DNA of 44,164 bases from a virus (lineage: Duplodnaviria; Caudoviricetes), in IMG/VR virus record IMGVR_UViG_3300017911_001227, positions 1-44,164 of that record. The stretch is one strand, 5' to 3'. Positions 16,327 through 25,703 of the stretch are shown here, piece by piece (the first letter of the stretch is position 1; the number at the start of each line of letters is the position of its first letter). Below the pieces are notes generated by a model. It was not told where the DNA came from. It saw nothing but the letters and a program-made list of their open reading frames with translations, and searched no databases. Made by a program: the position numbers and the translations under genes.

Positions 16327-16732
16327 TGTTTACCCCCAGCCGCGCTTTAGCGACCCAATACCAAACTGCGAGGGAACCGCCGATGTTGAACGTGTGAATG
16401 CAGAACCAGAGTACGCTGTCTCGGACCCCCACCGCCAAAACATCACCAGTTATTAAATATTCTAGGTGCATAAGTGAAAGCATTGCACTGCTGCCGCTTA
16501 TAAGCATCGCGCCTATGTACAGACCGAACCAGCCCAAGCGATTGTTTACAGCTTTACTCGGATCACCACAAAGAACATGGACACTCTCTGCTATCATGTT
16601 CTTTAAATCTACAAGGGTGAAAGAGTGCCAATGCTGCAAGCTTAACAATGCCAAGTAAGAGACGTAAGAACATAGAGCGTACGCTAGAACAATGAACATG
16701 TTAAAGGTATACAGGAAGAAATGTTCAGCCAT
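16313..16732 (-). CDS. Membrane protein (about 3 TM)
   Basis: Strongly hydrophobic 139-aa ORF overlapping its neighbours. Confidence 0.65.
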   Translation of the reverse strand: MAEHFFLYTFNMFIVLAYALCSYVSYLALLSLQHWHSFTLVDLKNMIAESVHVLCGDPSKAVNNRLGWFGLYIGAMLISGSSAMLSLMHLEYLITGDVLAVGVRDSVLWFCIHTFNIGGSLAVWYWVAKARLGVNNEDD

Positions 16733-17394
16733 CAGTCTTCTGCCTGTTCTTCTAAGGATTTAATGTCCTCTAGCGCTTTACATATAGCCTCTGCGTGGAC
16801 GAAGGCGGCGAACCCTTTGTCTGGTATTGACGACACGATGACCCCAAGGAAGTCGCCGTTATCGAGGGACCACACGCCACCGCCAGAGTACCCCGGGCGA
16901 ACTCCGGGTGCCTTAGCGTATGCGCTGTGGCTCACTATGTTTTCCAGAAAAGGTCTACCAGTTTTCACTTGGATATGCGGCGCATCAGTGATCGAGACTA
17001 CGCCTACAGCCTCTTCGTACCTGCGTCCGTTTAGTCCACTTAAAAGACTAGAGCGCGTCCGGGCAGGGTAGCCCTTGAACACTACCTTCTCGCCCTTGTA
17101 CGGTAGTCTACAAGTAGGCAAAGAGTAATCGCCCGGGTTCAGTATGTGTAGGTCTAGGTTCTTTACATCGTACCCTATGTTATCTAAAGCACACTTATAA
17201 GTAACGTGCCGGGCCGTTATTTGAACTCCGCTTACACTGACGCGGCTTCCTAGATTGTACCCATTAAGTTTAGCGTGGGCGCACTCGTATTTATCGACGT
17301 AATCACCGGCCTCACTCTTGTTTGTAACCGCAAGAGCGGGCGCAGGCGAGCACGTAGCGACGGCCATGCAGGCCGCTGCTATTAGTCTTTTCAT
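16732..17394 (-). CDS. Exported trypsin-like serine protease
   Basis: Signal peptide MKRLIAAACMAVATC; catalytic triad contexts ITARHV (H), LDLHIL (D) and PGYSGGGV (S). Confidence 0.75.
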   Translation of the reverse strand: MKRLIAAACMAVATCSPAPALAVTNKSEAGDYVDKYECAHAKLNGYNLGSRVSVSGVQITARHVTYKCALDNIGYDVKNLDLHILNPGDYSLPTCRLPYKGEKVVFKGYPARTRSSLLSGLNGRRYEEAVGVVSITDAPHIQVKTGRPFLENIVSHSAYAKAPGVRPGYSGGGVWSLDNGDFLGVIVSSIPDKGFAAFVHAEAICKALEDIKSLEEQAED

Positions 17395-17430
17395 GGTATT
17401 GTTCCTTGGGAGGTAAGTATTGTTTTATTT

Positions 17431-19773
17431 TTATCTAGCGTGAGCAACGCCCACGAAGGTTCTGTCCTTAAGGGTCCAAAAGGTCCCAGTAGTTGTTGAC
17501 AGTTTGTATTGCAGCTTGTACGTGCGAGTACCTGTAGCGGCCCCTACATCTGTAACAACAAAGGCATCTGTGCCTGCAATTTGGTCTGGTATTGTTACTG
17601 TCTCCAGCCCTGTGCTGCCCCCGGAGACGTTAATCAAAGCAGGGGCGGCTAGGCTGTTCACCTCTATTTGGCCAGTTATGTCTACACCGTCGCGCAACAC
17701 ACGCGCATACAGAGTAGCCCCAGAGGACGCCGTGGTGCTGCTGCCCACAGAGGACGCAGAGGCATCCAGCTTAACCAGAGAGGCGTTAGCCGGTATGTCC
17801 AAAGTGAACTGAGCAACGTCCTGCCACGAGGTCGTTAAAGCTACCGCGCTTGTGGCTGAGTCTGACCCTGCTTTTGTTAATCCGCCTATTTCTATTTTAT
17901 CGCCTGTAAGTGTCCCGGTGATCACCACGTCACCATCCAGTGTAATCTCACTGGCGGTAAGGTTTATGGCTGAGCCGTTCCACACGCCATCACCTTCCCC
18001 TGCGTACGCCTCAAAGCTCGCTGAGTTGTTAGTAGTGTTCACTGAAAGGAACAGGCGAGCCTGAGAGGAACTCCCAGTAGCCAGCGCATCCTTGAGGATG
18101 TTCACTGCGGCCTCGTTATAGGCACTGCCGTCGTCGTCAATCCATGGAATGTCTGCATGGTTCTCACCAGTAAACATGTGGACTAACTGTAGCCTGTACA
18201 GCCAGTTGTTTGAAGTCCCTGATGTACTGGTAACTTGTAGTTCGAAGGAATACTTCTGTGTAGATGGAGGGGACCAGCTACTTGTTATGACTTGAGTGGC
18301 CCCTGTAGGTGTAAACGTACCTACTGTGTACACCCCTCCGTTATCGTTACCGCGTGCGTACAGGGTGCAAGCACTGGCGTTTACGTCTATGGCCAAGTGC
18401 ATCTTGAGCGCGTAGTCTTTACCAGAGTCGAGTAGAACCCCTATCCTGTCGCTCGTATCGAAGAAGGTGACCCCTGATAGCTCAGGGGTAAAAGCTACAC
18501 GCCCGTCTGCGGCACTCGTAGTGAACTTGAAGGCATCTGTAGAGGTCCATGGGCTCTGCTGGCCGGTGTCTACAAGTGTAGCGTTGTACGTTCGAACGAA
18601 CTTACTATCGGACACCCAGTCCGACTCTTCCAGTACACGGTAAGGCCCGGGTATCAGGTTGTTCCGGGGCATCTCGTTGCGGAACTGAGCCTCTAGTGAG
18701 TCGAGCGCAGAGGACCTTGCAGTAGTCTCGTTAGCAATGAGAATAGCGTTGTTATCCGCCGTAGATTGTGCAGTGTTTACCGAGACGGTCAGTGAGTTTA
18801 CGTCTGAAATCCGTGCGGTTTCTTCGGTAGCTACAAGGCTCAGGGCGCTAGTAGCGTCTGCCTGTGCGCTGTTCACGGCTGTAGTTAGCGTGTTGACGTC
18901 ATCAATCCTTGCGGTTTCTTCTGTAGCTATTAACTGTAGAGCGCTAGTAGCGTCTGCCTGTGCCGCTTGAGTTGCAACAGTAACGGCACTAATGTCTGAA
19001 GCTCTAGCCGCCTGTTCAGTAGCTATCGCAGTGTTAAGGCTTGTTATAGAGGCCTTAGTGGGCAGCCCCGTGGAAGGGTCCTCTACGATAGCCTGCAGAG
19101 CTGTGAGGCTTGATGCCTCTGCTTTGCTGTTCTCTAGGTCAACCGCTGTGGTCTCTAGTGTGCCCATACGGGCCGTTAAGCCGGTCACAGGTGTATCCAC
19201 GGTAGTCTCTAGTGTATCTAAGCGCTGCCCTTGTGCGAGGTCCTCGGCAGTAAGGTTAAACACATCGTCAGCCCTAGCTGCGGCCTCTGCGGATACCGCT
19301 TGAGCCCTAGCGACCTCTTCGTCTGCAATCCTCTGTAGAAGCTCAGTGTACGCTTGGCTCGTGTATTGGTTCTGCTCTAGTTGCGAGTTCACCCATTGCA
19401 CTGTGAGGTAGCCGCTATCGGGATTAGTAACAGGGACTGTGCCTGTCAGGACCCCGTCATATATCTCGTCTATCATCTCTTGTACGATGTAGAAGTTCTG
19501 TAGGTCACCAGCATTCAGATCACCTGCGAGTAGCGTCTGACCGTCCGAGTAATCTGTTATCCTTGTGGCTCTATCGGTGAGCCTTTGGACCTTCACGGTC
19601 TGATCAGGGTCCGGGGCAGTGGTGAGTTCTACCCGTGTTGCGGATACCCACGAGAAGCTACGCAGCTCTCCGTCTACAAACACAAAGACATGGTTCTTAC
19701 TCAGGTATCCGAAAGTTAAGTCGTATTGCGTTGTTACACCGTCAGAAGTGTACTCAACAAAAGATAAGGCCAT
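17431..19773 (-). CDS. Tail fibre protein (T7 gp17 N-terminal adaptor domain)
   Basis: YDLTFGYLSKNHVFVFVDG...RLTD...DYSDGQTLLAGDLN, then coiled-coil repeats (ATEETARI) and a beta-rich C-terminus. Confidence 0.9.
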   Translation of the reverse strand: MALSFVEYTSDGVTTQYDLTFGYLSKNHVFVFVDGELRSFSWVSATRVELTTAPDPDQTVKVQRLTDRATRITDYSDGQTLLAGDLNAGDLQNFYIVQEMIDEIYDGVLTGTVPVTNPDSGYLTVQWVNSQLEQNQYTSQAYTELLQRIADEEVARAQAVSAEAAARADDVFNLTAEDLAQGQRLDTLETTVDTPVTGLTARMGTLETTAVDLENSKAEASSLTALQAIVEDPSTGLPTKASITSLNTAIATEQAARASDISAVTVATQAAQADATSALQLIATEETARIDDVNTLTTAVNSAQADATSALSLVATEETARISDVNSLTVSVNTAQSTADNNAILIANETTARSSALDSLEAQFRNEMPRNNLIPGPYRVLEESDWVSDSKFVRTYNATLVDTGQQSPWTSTDAFKFTTSAADGRVAFTPELSGVTFFDTSDRIGVLLDSGKDYALKMHLAIDVNASACTLYARGNDNGGVYTVGTFTPTGATQVITSSWSPPSTQKYSFELQVTSTSGTSNNWLYRLQLVHMFTGENHADIPWIDDDGSAYNEAAVNILKDALATGSSSQARLFLSVNTTNNSASFEAYAGEGDGVWNGSAINLTASEITLDGDVVITGTLTGDKIEIGGLTKAGSDSATSAVALTTSWQDVAQFTLDIPANASLVKLDASASSVGSSTTASSGATLYARVLRDGVDITGQIEVNSLAAPALINVSGGSTGLETVTIPDQIAGTDAFVVTDVGAATGTRTYKLQYKLSTTTGTFWTLKDRTFVGVAHAR

Positions 19774-19882
19774 TACTGGTGTCCTGTCCGTATTTATTAT
19801 ATTGTATGTAAAAGGTATGAGGAGAAGACACTAGGCCCTCTCCCCCTTGCCTTATTACTGGACAGAGGGGAGAGGTTAGCTA

Positions 19883-22800
19883 TTAGTCTTCTTCTTCAGG
19901 GAGGTACTGCGCTACTTCATCTGTGAGCGCTTGGACCATCAGGTGGTTACCTAACGGGAACAGCCTCACAAAGTCGTGCAGGTCTTCCTGAGTCACACCA
20001 TCTGTAAGTTTTGATGGTGTTGTTAGTACTTTATTTATGAAGTCCGACGTAGGGTTAGAGGCTAGAGGGTTAGCCCCTAGTGTCGCTAGGTCAGTGTTAC
20101 GTGCCTGAGAGAACACAGGGTCCTGCCCCAGAGCCGCCGCAGACACGTCTACCAGTGTAGGAATGTGCGCAGCGTGCGGAGTGTAGTAGATAGCCTTAGC
20201 GGCCACCTTGCGCGGCTCTAACTGCTTATCCATGAACTCTTTGCGCTCTTTCTCATCCTTTATGGTAGCGGCTTGCATGTATATCTTAGAGTACACACCC
20301 AGAGTAGAGAAACCGGCAGCGGCCAGTAGCCCCACGGCGGCTGTAGGGTCCCTGTAAGCCAGAGAGTTGCCTGTATGCTTTAACAGTGCGCCTTGAGGGA
20401 ACTGAAGGAACTGTAAGAAAGCTCCCCAGTACGGCCTCTCGGACGCTGCTAGGATCGAATGCCCTACACCTACGTCCATATTCAGCCGCCGTGTTTTACG
20501 GTCAATAGCCGCTACGAACGCCTCGAAGGCCTGAGGGTCGGCCCAGTTCCTGTCGAAGTCGGGGAGTTTACGCCCCGTGTCCGGGCTAACTGTAGTACCC
20601 ATATTTTTCAGGTTCTCTGAAATACGTGACCACATGTCCTCGTCGATACCCAAGTCTCTCATACGCTTAACGCTGAACGGCATCTTGCCTTTCATGGCAG
20701 ACCTGTAGAACTTCTTAGCGAGGTTCGTAGCAATGGCGAGCCTTAAGGTTTCCGTTATAGGAGCCATGCCGGACAGGCGAGCTGTAAGGTTTGCAGCTTT
20801 GCGAGAGGACGTATCCAGTGCGCGCCATATAGGCCCACTCTCATCGAGAGAGTAGTTATCCACTACGCCTCTCTCTGATACGCTAGAAGCTAACCTAGAG
20901 CGCACCTGAGATGTCCCGTGGCCCATCATATCGTCAGCCATTGCCACCCAGCTATCGGCCTCTTCGTAGTTGCCGTCTCTGAGCGCCTTGCGGAACTTCC
21001 TGAGGCCCATGACAGTATCTGCCCACCGCACAGGCCCTGCGGTAGTAGCCGCTAAGCCTATCTCCCCAAACATGGAGAACGCTACGTTATTCAACAAGCG
21101 AGCCATATTTAAACGCTTCATGATAACTGCCAGTGAGTTCGCAGTCTGCTGAGTAGTGTTAGCCTCTAGGGTTTCACCCATCACAGCCTTCTTTACACGC
21201 TCCAGTTTATCCGCAGCATCTGCTATGGCCTTCTGGTTCGCCGGGTCCTTTCGGGCATCCCTGCGTATCCGCTCTATCCGAGAGTCGAACTTCTTAACAT
21301 CATTAATGCCTACAGCGTTGAACCCTACATGCCCAGCTATATTCCTGCGAGACGTAGCGAACGCCTTAGAAGCGTTCCAGTCAAACATGTTCAATATAGT
21401 AGAGTGCTTGTTATAGTCCAAGTCCAGCTTCAACTTAGTCTTAGCGAAGTTCGGAAGGTCTGCCTCTTTAACAGGCGCTAGGAGTTCAAGTAGAAACTCC
21501 ATGGCATCTTCGGCATCTTTACCTAGGACACCTTCCATCTCCCTGCGTACGATAGCTTTAGCTTCCATCTGAGAGGCTTTACTGTGAGGCCTGTACGGGC
21601 TCCCACTGCCTTCAGCATCGTTCATCAAGGTTTCTAGTGTCCTGATGTATTTACCTGCAACACTTCGTACTAACTCGTACGGGTCTTTGCCGCGTTTCCT
21701 AGCGAGTTCGTCAAAGTAGTCCCGGTTGACCGGGTGGCTGTGGATAGCGTCTGCCAGCTCGTTCTTGATCTTGACCTTACCGTTAGGCAGTAACATGGCC
21801 TGATCGAAGCCTTCCTTGTTGAAGGAACGCTTAGCGTAGGTCTCGTCTACAGGTATCCCCTCCATGCCCTTTACGCCCGTGTAGGGGCCTTGTTCTTTGA
21901 GCAGGGTAGGTGATATAGACTTAATAGACAGAGAGCCTTCAGGGGCCTTCTTATCGAGCCCTGTGAGCTTCATCTGGTTCTTAGAGTAGAACCGCTGCAA
22001 CGTAGCTTCCATATCGGTTACGTTGTTACGGACGAAGGCAAAGATACTCTTCTCACCGCGTGACGTAGCGTAGGACGCATGGACCGCTTGGTAATCATCA
22101 GGGTTACGGTTAGCCATTAGCTTGCGCTGCTGCCTAGCGTGACCATTAGTCAGCCCTGTGAACATTAGGACAGGGTGCTCCCCTTGGGCTAGAAGTGCCT
22201 GCACTTGCTGGTTTACAGCCTCGAACGCCTTAACGCCGTCCTTAGCCCTACCTTCAAGTATAGCCATTTCAGTCTCAGGGTCCTTAGCGTTTGACATAAA
22301 GTCCCACTCTGCCTCGAATACACCGTCGTCGTACGGAGCGAGACGGAACACTATTCCATCATCAGTATCCGGAAGGTCGATCTCCCAGACCTCTCTGCCC
22401 TCGTCGTCGAACCCTGAGTACCTGCTGTTCTCTTCCAGCCAGCCCTCAGTGCGCATAGCACGCAGGTCGTCCTTGATTTTATCAGAGAACTTAGCGGCAC
22501 CTTCAGGCGTGAATATCTCGTCCTCAGGTACATCCAGACCAGCCCATGGTGGGTTGTTACGCCGCCATGTCTTAGACTTACCTAGTCGCACCTCTGCGGA
22601 CCTAGCCTCTACCTCGCCTTGGGCTCTCAGGTATTCCCTTACACCCTGCACGGCTTTTAGGTTAGTCCCGCTTTGCCTTCCCTGAGTTTCCTGCACAGCG
22701 TGCTGTAGCTCGTGGAATAGCGCAGCTAGTTTCTTACCTTCGGGCAGGTTAGTGTCTATCTCGATCCTTGCAGGTTTACCGTCGAAAGCGGGGAAGTAAC

Positions 22801-25690
22801 TACCTTCAGAACCGGACAACATGACTTCAGACACGAGCACATCGTGAAGCTCCGGGTAATCTTGAAGTAACTGCTGGTCTATCTCTAGGTTGTAAGGATA
22901 AGGCTTATACTCAGTGCTTGTAGTGTTCTCTGTTATCCACTCGCCAGAGGGTGACTTGCCCCAGAGAGTTTTCTTCCATATGACGTCCCTATCGACGCCT
23001 TTGGCTTCCATCTCTTTAGCTTTACTCAGTGCGTCTAGGTCTACCCCTTCGCTAGTTTCGTTCACGAATAGCCCGGCGCGTGGGTATCTAGCTTTCCAGC
23101 GTGCTAGCTGTGCTCTTCTTGAAGCACGTATAGAGCCTCTCCTGCCCGCCGCGCCTGCCGTGGCCATAAGTACAGCCCCTAGAACACCTGCGGCGTACCG
23201 TTGGTCGTCATCAGTGAACAGAGAGGCAATAGCGCCAGCGCTGCCACCCGCAGCTCCGCCTACCAGCCCACCCACAAGAGCGCCCTCTGCGGTGCCTTTG
23301 TTCAGCTCTTTAGAACTGGCCTCACCCGAAGGCGCGGCCCGGTCGAACTCTTCTGTTTGCTGGAGCCACTCTAGGGCGCTGTCTGCCCCATCGTTAAGCC
23401 CAGTGTTGCTAGTAGTAGACTTGGCTGATAGGTTTCGGCTATCAGTAAGTTCCGGATCAAATTTAGCGTACACGGAGCGTACGTTAGCAGGGTCGAAGAT
23501 AACAAGCTGCGTGCTCATATTGTCTTCGAATTGGATCAGACCCGCGTAACCTTCCTCGGCCATCTTCTCATTAGCAATCCGGTCAAAGGCAGTGCTGAAG
23601 ATCGCATCTTCGCGCATAAAGTCGTTCGCCTCTAGGGCTTCCTGATTGGCCCGGCTCTCGATTTCATCAGCGTGTTTAGCGATAATCTCACTACGCTTAC
23701 CAATCGGCGCTAGTTTCCCCCGCACGTAAAGCGGAATAACTTGCGCCGCATCGGCAGCGTTCGTATAGGCACCAGCTTCGGCCGGGTCGTTTGTGAGATA
23801 TATCCCCGGGCCGCTTACACCTCTCTCTGAAGCCTGAAACTCATCGAATGTCTTCGATGTCCCGTGGTAAAACACTCTCTCAGTATCGAAGCCCATTTCC
23901 TTAGCCCGCTGCGTGCGAGCCTCAGTTTCCATGTCGAGTTTCTCTGAGGGAGGGTTAGAAGGCCTAGGCCCGCCTCTGCCCTCAGAACGGAAGGACTTGC
24001 GCCCGAAGTACCGGTTAGCCGTCTTAACGTCGTCCACCTTATTACCTTCGATGCTTCCATCCAATAGGCTATCGCTTTCAACTTTAGGTGGCGCACCCTC
24101 AGCCTGCGGAGCGTCTGGCTCGAATAGACCCGATGGTGGGTCCTGAGGGTCCACAGGGGTAGTCCCTACAGGCTTTTCCGGCTCAACGCGGGGCTTCCAC
24201 TCGCCGTCCCTGCCGGAACCCATAACGTAGTCCCTGTTCTGTAGCAGAAAGAGGTTCTCCTTACTGCCCTCACGGAACGCTTGAACAGCTTCAAGAATGT
24301 CCGGGTCGTTTAGGATTTCTTCGGGTAGACCCTTGACGCGGGTAACGACCATATGGACGTACCTGTCGAACTCTTCTTGCCTAGCAGGGCTTACCCCGCC
24401 AAACATTGAAGTTTTACCCCGGGCTCTCCAGTAGTTCTTCCCGGCGTCCTGCATTCTCCGCAGGTACACGCCGCCCGCCTCGTGGACCCTGTGGGCCTTC
24501 TCAGCCGCGGTTTGCCGCTGAAGGTTAGGCTTAGTAGGGTCTTCCATTACAAGCGCACCTAAGCCTCTGAGTTCCTCTACGGGCGCTCGGCCTACGGAAC
24601 GCACAGGTGCGCCGAAGGACGGCAAGGTGTTCTGCTCGGGTATACCCTCTTCAGGATCGAGGACGTTCCAGATTACGTCATCTTCCTCCAGATCAGCATC
24701 GAGAAGGGAGTTGCCTTCCTCGTCCACTAGGGACCTAAATACTGGCTTGCGTTGTTTAGCGCCAGCAGTACCCGGCTCTGAGCCTTCCTCTTTATCCGCT
24801 ATGGCCTCTAAGGTACTCTGCCGTGCATCTTTTAGTGCCTTCCGTTGGGCCTTAGCTTGCTTGTACGTCAGTGCCTCACCTACGCCTGAGAACACTCCTG
24901 TGAGAGCCGCAGAGCCTACCGTGGCCAGTATAGCGTCCTGATAGGTAGACATAGGATCGAGAGCAGCGTTGGCGAACTCTATGGACCCGTCCGCAATACC
25001 CGCAGCGGCCATGTTCTTGAGCACGCGCCCGGCAGAACTTGCAGTCTTGACGCCATTGAACGCTGAACCTACCACACCGCCAGTCAGCAGGAAGGTAGGG
25101 TCCATCATTGCTACACCCATCTGAGCCCCAAAGCCCCCGATGCCCGTGTAGTTAGCGGCCACGTAAGCCTCGTTCTCCCGGCGAGAGCCTAGCACCTCTG
25201 CGCGTATCTCAAGGTCCTCTTCTGACCTTGCGAAGGCTAGTTGCGTGTAGTCGTCGGGCAGTAAGTTGTGCTTCTGCGCTGCCGCTTTCATCTGCGTTTC
25301 ACTAGGTGACCATGTGGTATGTCTCCAGTCAGGGTCACCTATAGGGCTCCCGTACTTCTCCATGTACGCTGCGCCTAACTCACGGTTGTACGAGAACACA
25401 AAAGAGTTACGAGATAGAGCATCAAACTCACGGGCCGTAGCGAGCGCCATAATGCCGGGCCTTGCGCCCAGTTCGGTGAACCGCCGCGTGAACTTGAACG
25501 CTCCCATGTTAGGGTTGCTAGGCTTCTCGTTGGTTTCTTCTTCTTCAGGTTGATCGAAGATAGCCCCGAGAGGGTCCTCCTGTGGAGCTGAGTAATTCAA
25601 AGGCGCGGCTTGATCCGCTTTATTGGCCAGCTCTAGCAACTCGGCACTAGATAGCACCTTGTTCTTAGTCCCTTCAGCGGGTACTGCCAT
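19883..25690 (-). CDS. Large internal virion/ejection protein (gp16 position) with ART-like and HExxH peptidase-like modules
   Basis: 1935 aa, after the gp15 equivalent; contains VFYHGT..GIYLT..QLVIFDPANVRS and FHELQHAVQ..GEVEAR. Confidence 0.85.
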   Translation of the reverse strand: MAVPAEGTKNKVLSSAELLELANKADQAAPLNYSAPQEDPLGAIFDQPEEEETNEKPSNPNMGAFKFTRRFTELGARPGIMALATAREFDALSRNSFVFSYNRELGAAYMEKYGSPIGDPDWRHTTWSPSETQMKAAAQKHNLLPDDYTQLAFARSEEDLEIRAEVLGSRRENEAYVAANYTGIGGFGAQMGVAMMDPTFLLTGGVVGSAFNGVKTASSAGRVLKNMAAAGIADGSIEFANAALDPMSTYQDAILATVGSAALTGVFSGVGEALTYKQAKAQRKALKDARQSTLEAIADKEEGSEPGTAGAKQRKPVFRSLVDEEGNSLLDADLEEDDVIWNVLDPEEGIPEQNTLPSFGAPVRSVGRAPVEELRGLGALVMEDPTKPNLQRQTAAEKAHRVHEAGGVYLRRMQDAGKNYWRARGKTSMFGGVSPARQEEFDRYVHMVVTRVKGLPEEILNDPDILEAVQAFREGSKENLFLLQNRDYVMGSGRDGEWKPRVEPEKPVGTTPVDPQDPPSGLFEPDAPQAEGAPPKVESDSLLDGSIEGNKVDDVKTANRYFGRKSFRSEGRGGPRPSNPPSEKLDMETEARTQRAKEMGFDTERVFYHGTSKTFDEFQASERGVSGPGIYLTNDPAEAGAYTNAADAAQVIPLYVRGKLAPIGKRSEIIAKHADEIESRANQEALEANDFMREDAIFSTAFDRIANEKMAEEGYAGLIQFEDNMSTQLVIFDPANVRSVYAKFDPELTDSRNLSAKSTTSNTGLNDGADSALEWLQQTEEFDRAAPSGEASSKELNKGTAEGALVGGLVGGAAGGSAGAIASLFTDDDQRYAAGVLGAVLMATAGAAGRRGSIRASRRAQLARWKARYPRAGLFVNETSEGVDLDALSKAKEMEAKGVDRDVIWKKTLWGKSPSGEWITENTTSTEYKPYPYNLEIDQQLLQDYPELHDVLVSEVMLSGSEGSYFPAFDGKPARIEIDTNLPEGKKLAALFHELQHAVQETQGRQSGTNLKAVQGVREYLRAQGEVEARSAEVRLGKSKTWRRNNPPWAGLDVPEDEIFTPEGAAKFSDKIKDDLRAMRTEGWLEENSRYSGFDDEGREVWEIDLPDTDDGIVFRLAPYDDGVFEAEWDFMSNAKDPETEMAILEGRAKDGVKAFEAVNQQVQALLAQGEHPVLMFTGLTNGHARQQRKLMANRNPDDYQAVHASYATSRGEKSIFAFVRNNVTDMEATLQRFYSKNQMKLTGLDKKAPEGSLSIKSISPTLLKEQGPYTGVKGMEGIPVDETYAKRSFNKEGFDQAMLLPNGKVKIKNELADAIHSHPVNRDYFDELARKRGKDPYELVRSVAGKYIRTLETLMNDAEGSGSPYRPHSKASQMEAKAIVRREMEGVLGKDAEDAMEFLLELLAPVKEADLPNFAKTKLKLDLDYNKHSTILNMFDWNASKAFATSRRNIAGHVGFNAVGINDVKKFDSRIERIRRDARKDPANQKAIADAADKLERVKKAVMGETLEANTTQQTANSLAVIMKRLNMARLLNNVAFSMFGEIGLAATTAGPVRWADTVMGLRKFRKALRDGNYEEADSWVAMADDMMGHGTSQVRSRLASSVSERGVVDNYSLDESGPIWRALDTSSRKAANLTARLSGMAPITETLRLAIATNLAKKFYRSAMKGKMPFSVKRMRDLGIDEDMWSRISENLKNMGTTVSPDTGRKLPDFDRNWADPQAFEAFVAAIDRKTRRLNMDVGVGHSILAASERPYWGAFLQFLQFPQGALLKHTGNSLAYRDPTAAVGLLAAAGFSTLGVYSKIYMQAATIKDEKERKEFMDKQLEPRKVAAKAIYYTPHAAHIPTLVDVSAAALGQDPVFSQARNTDLATLGANPLASNPTSDFINKVLTTPSKLTDGVTQEDLHDFVRLFPLGNHLMVQALTDEVAQYLPEEED

Positions 25691-25703
25691 TACGTTAGTT
25701 CCT

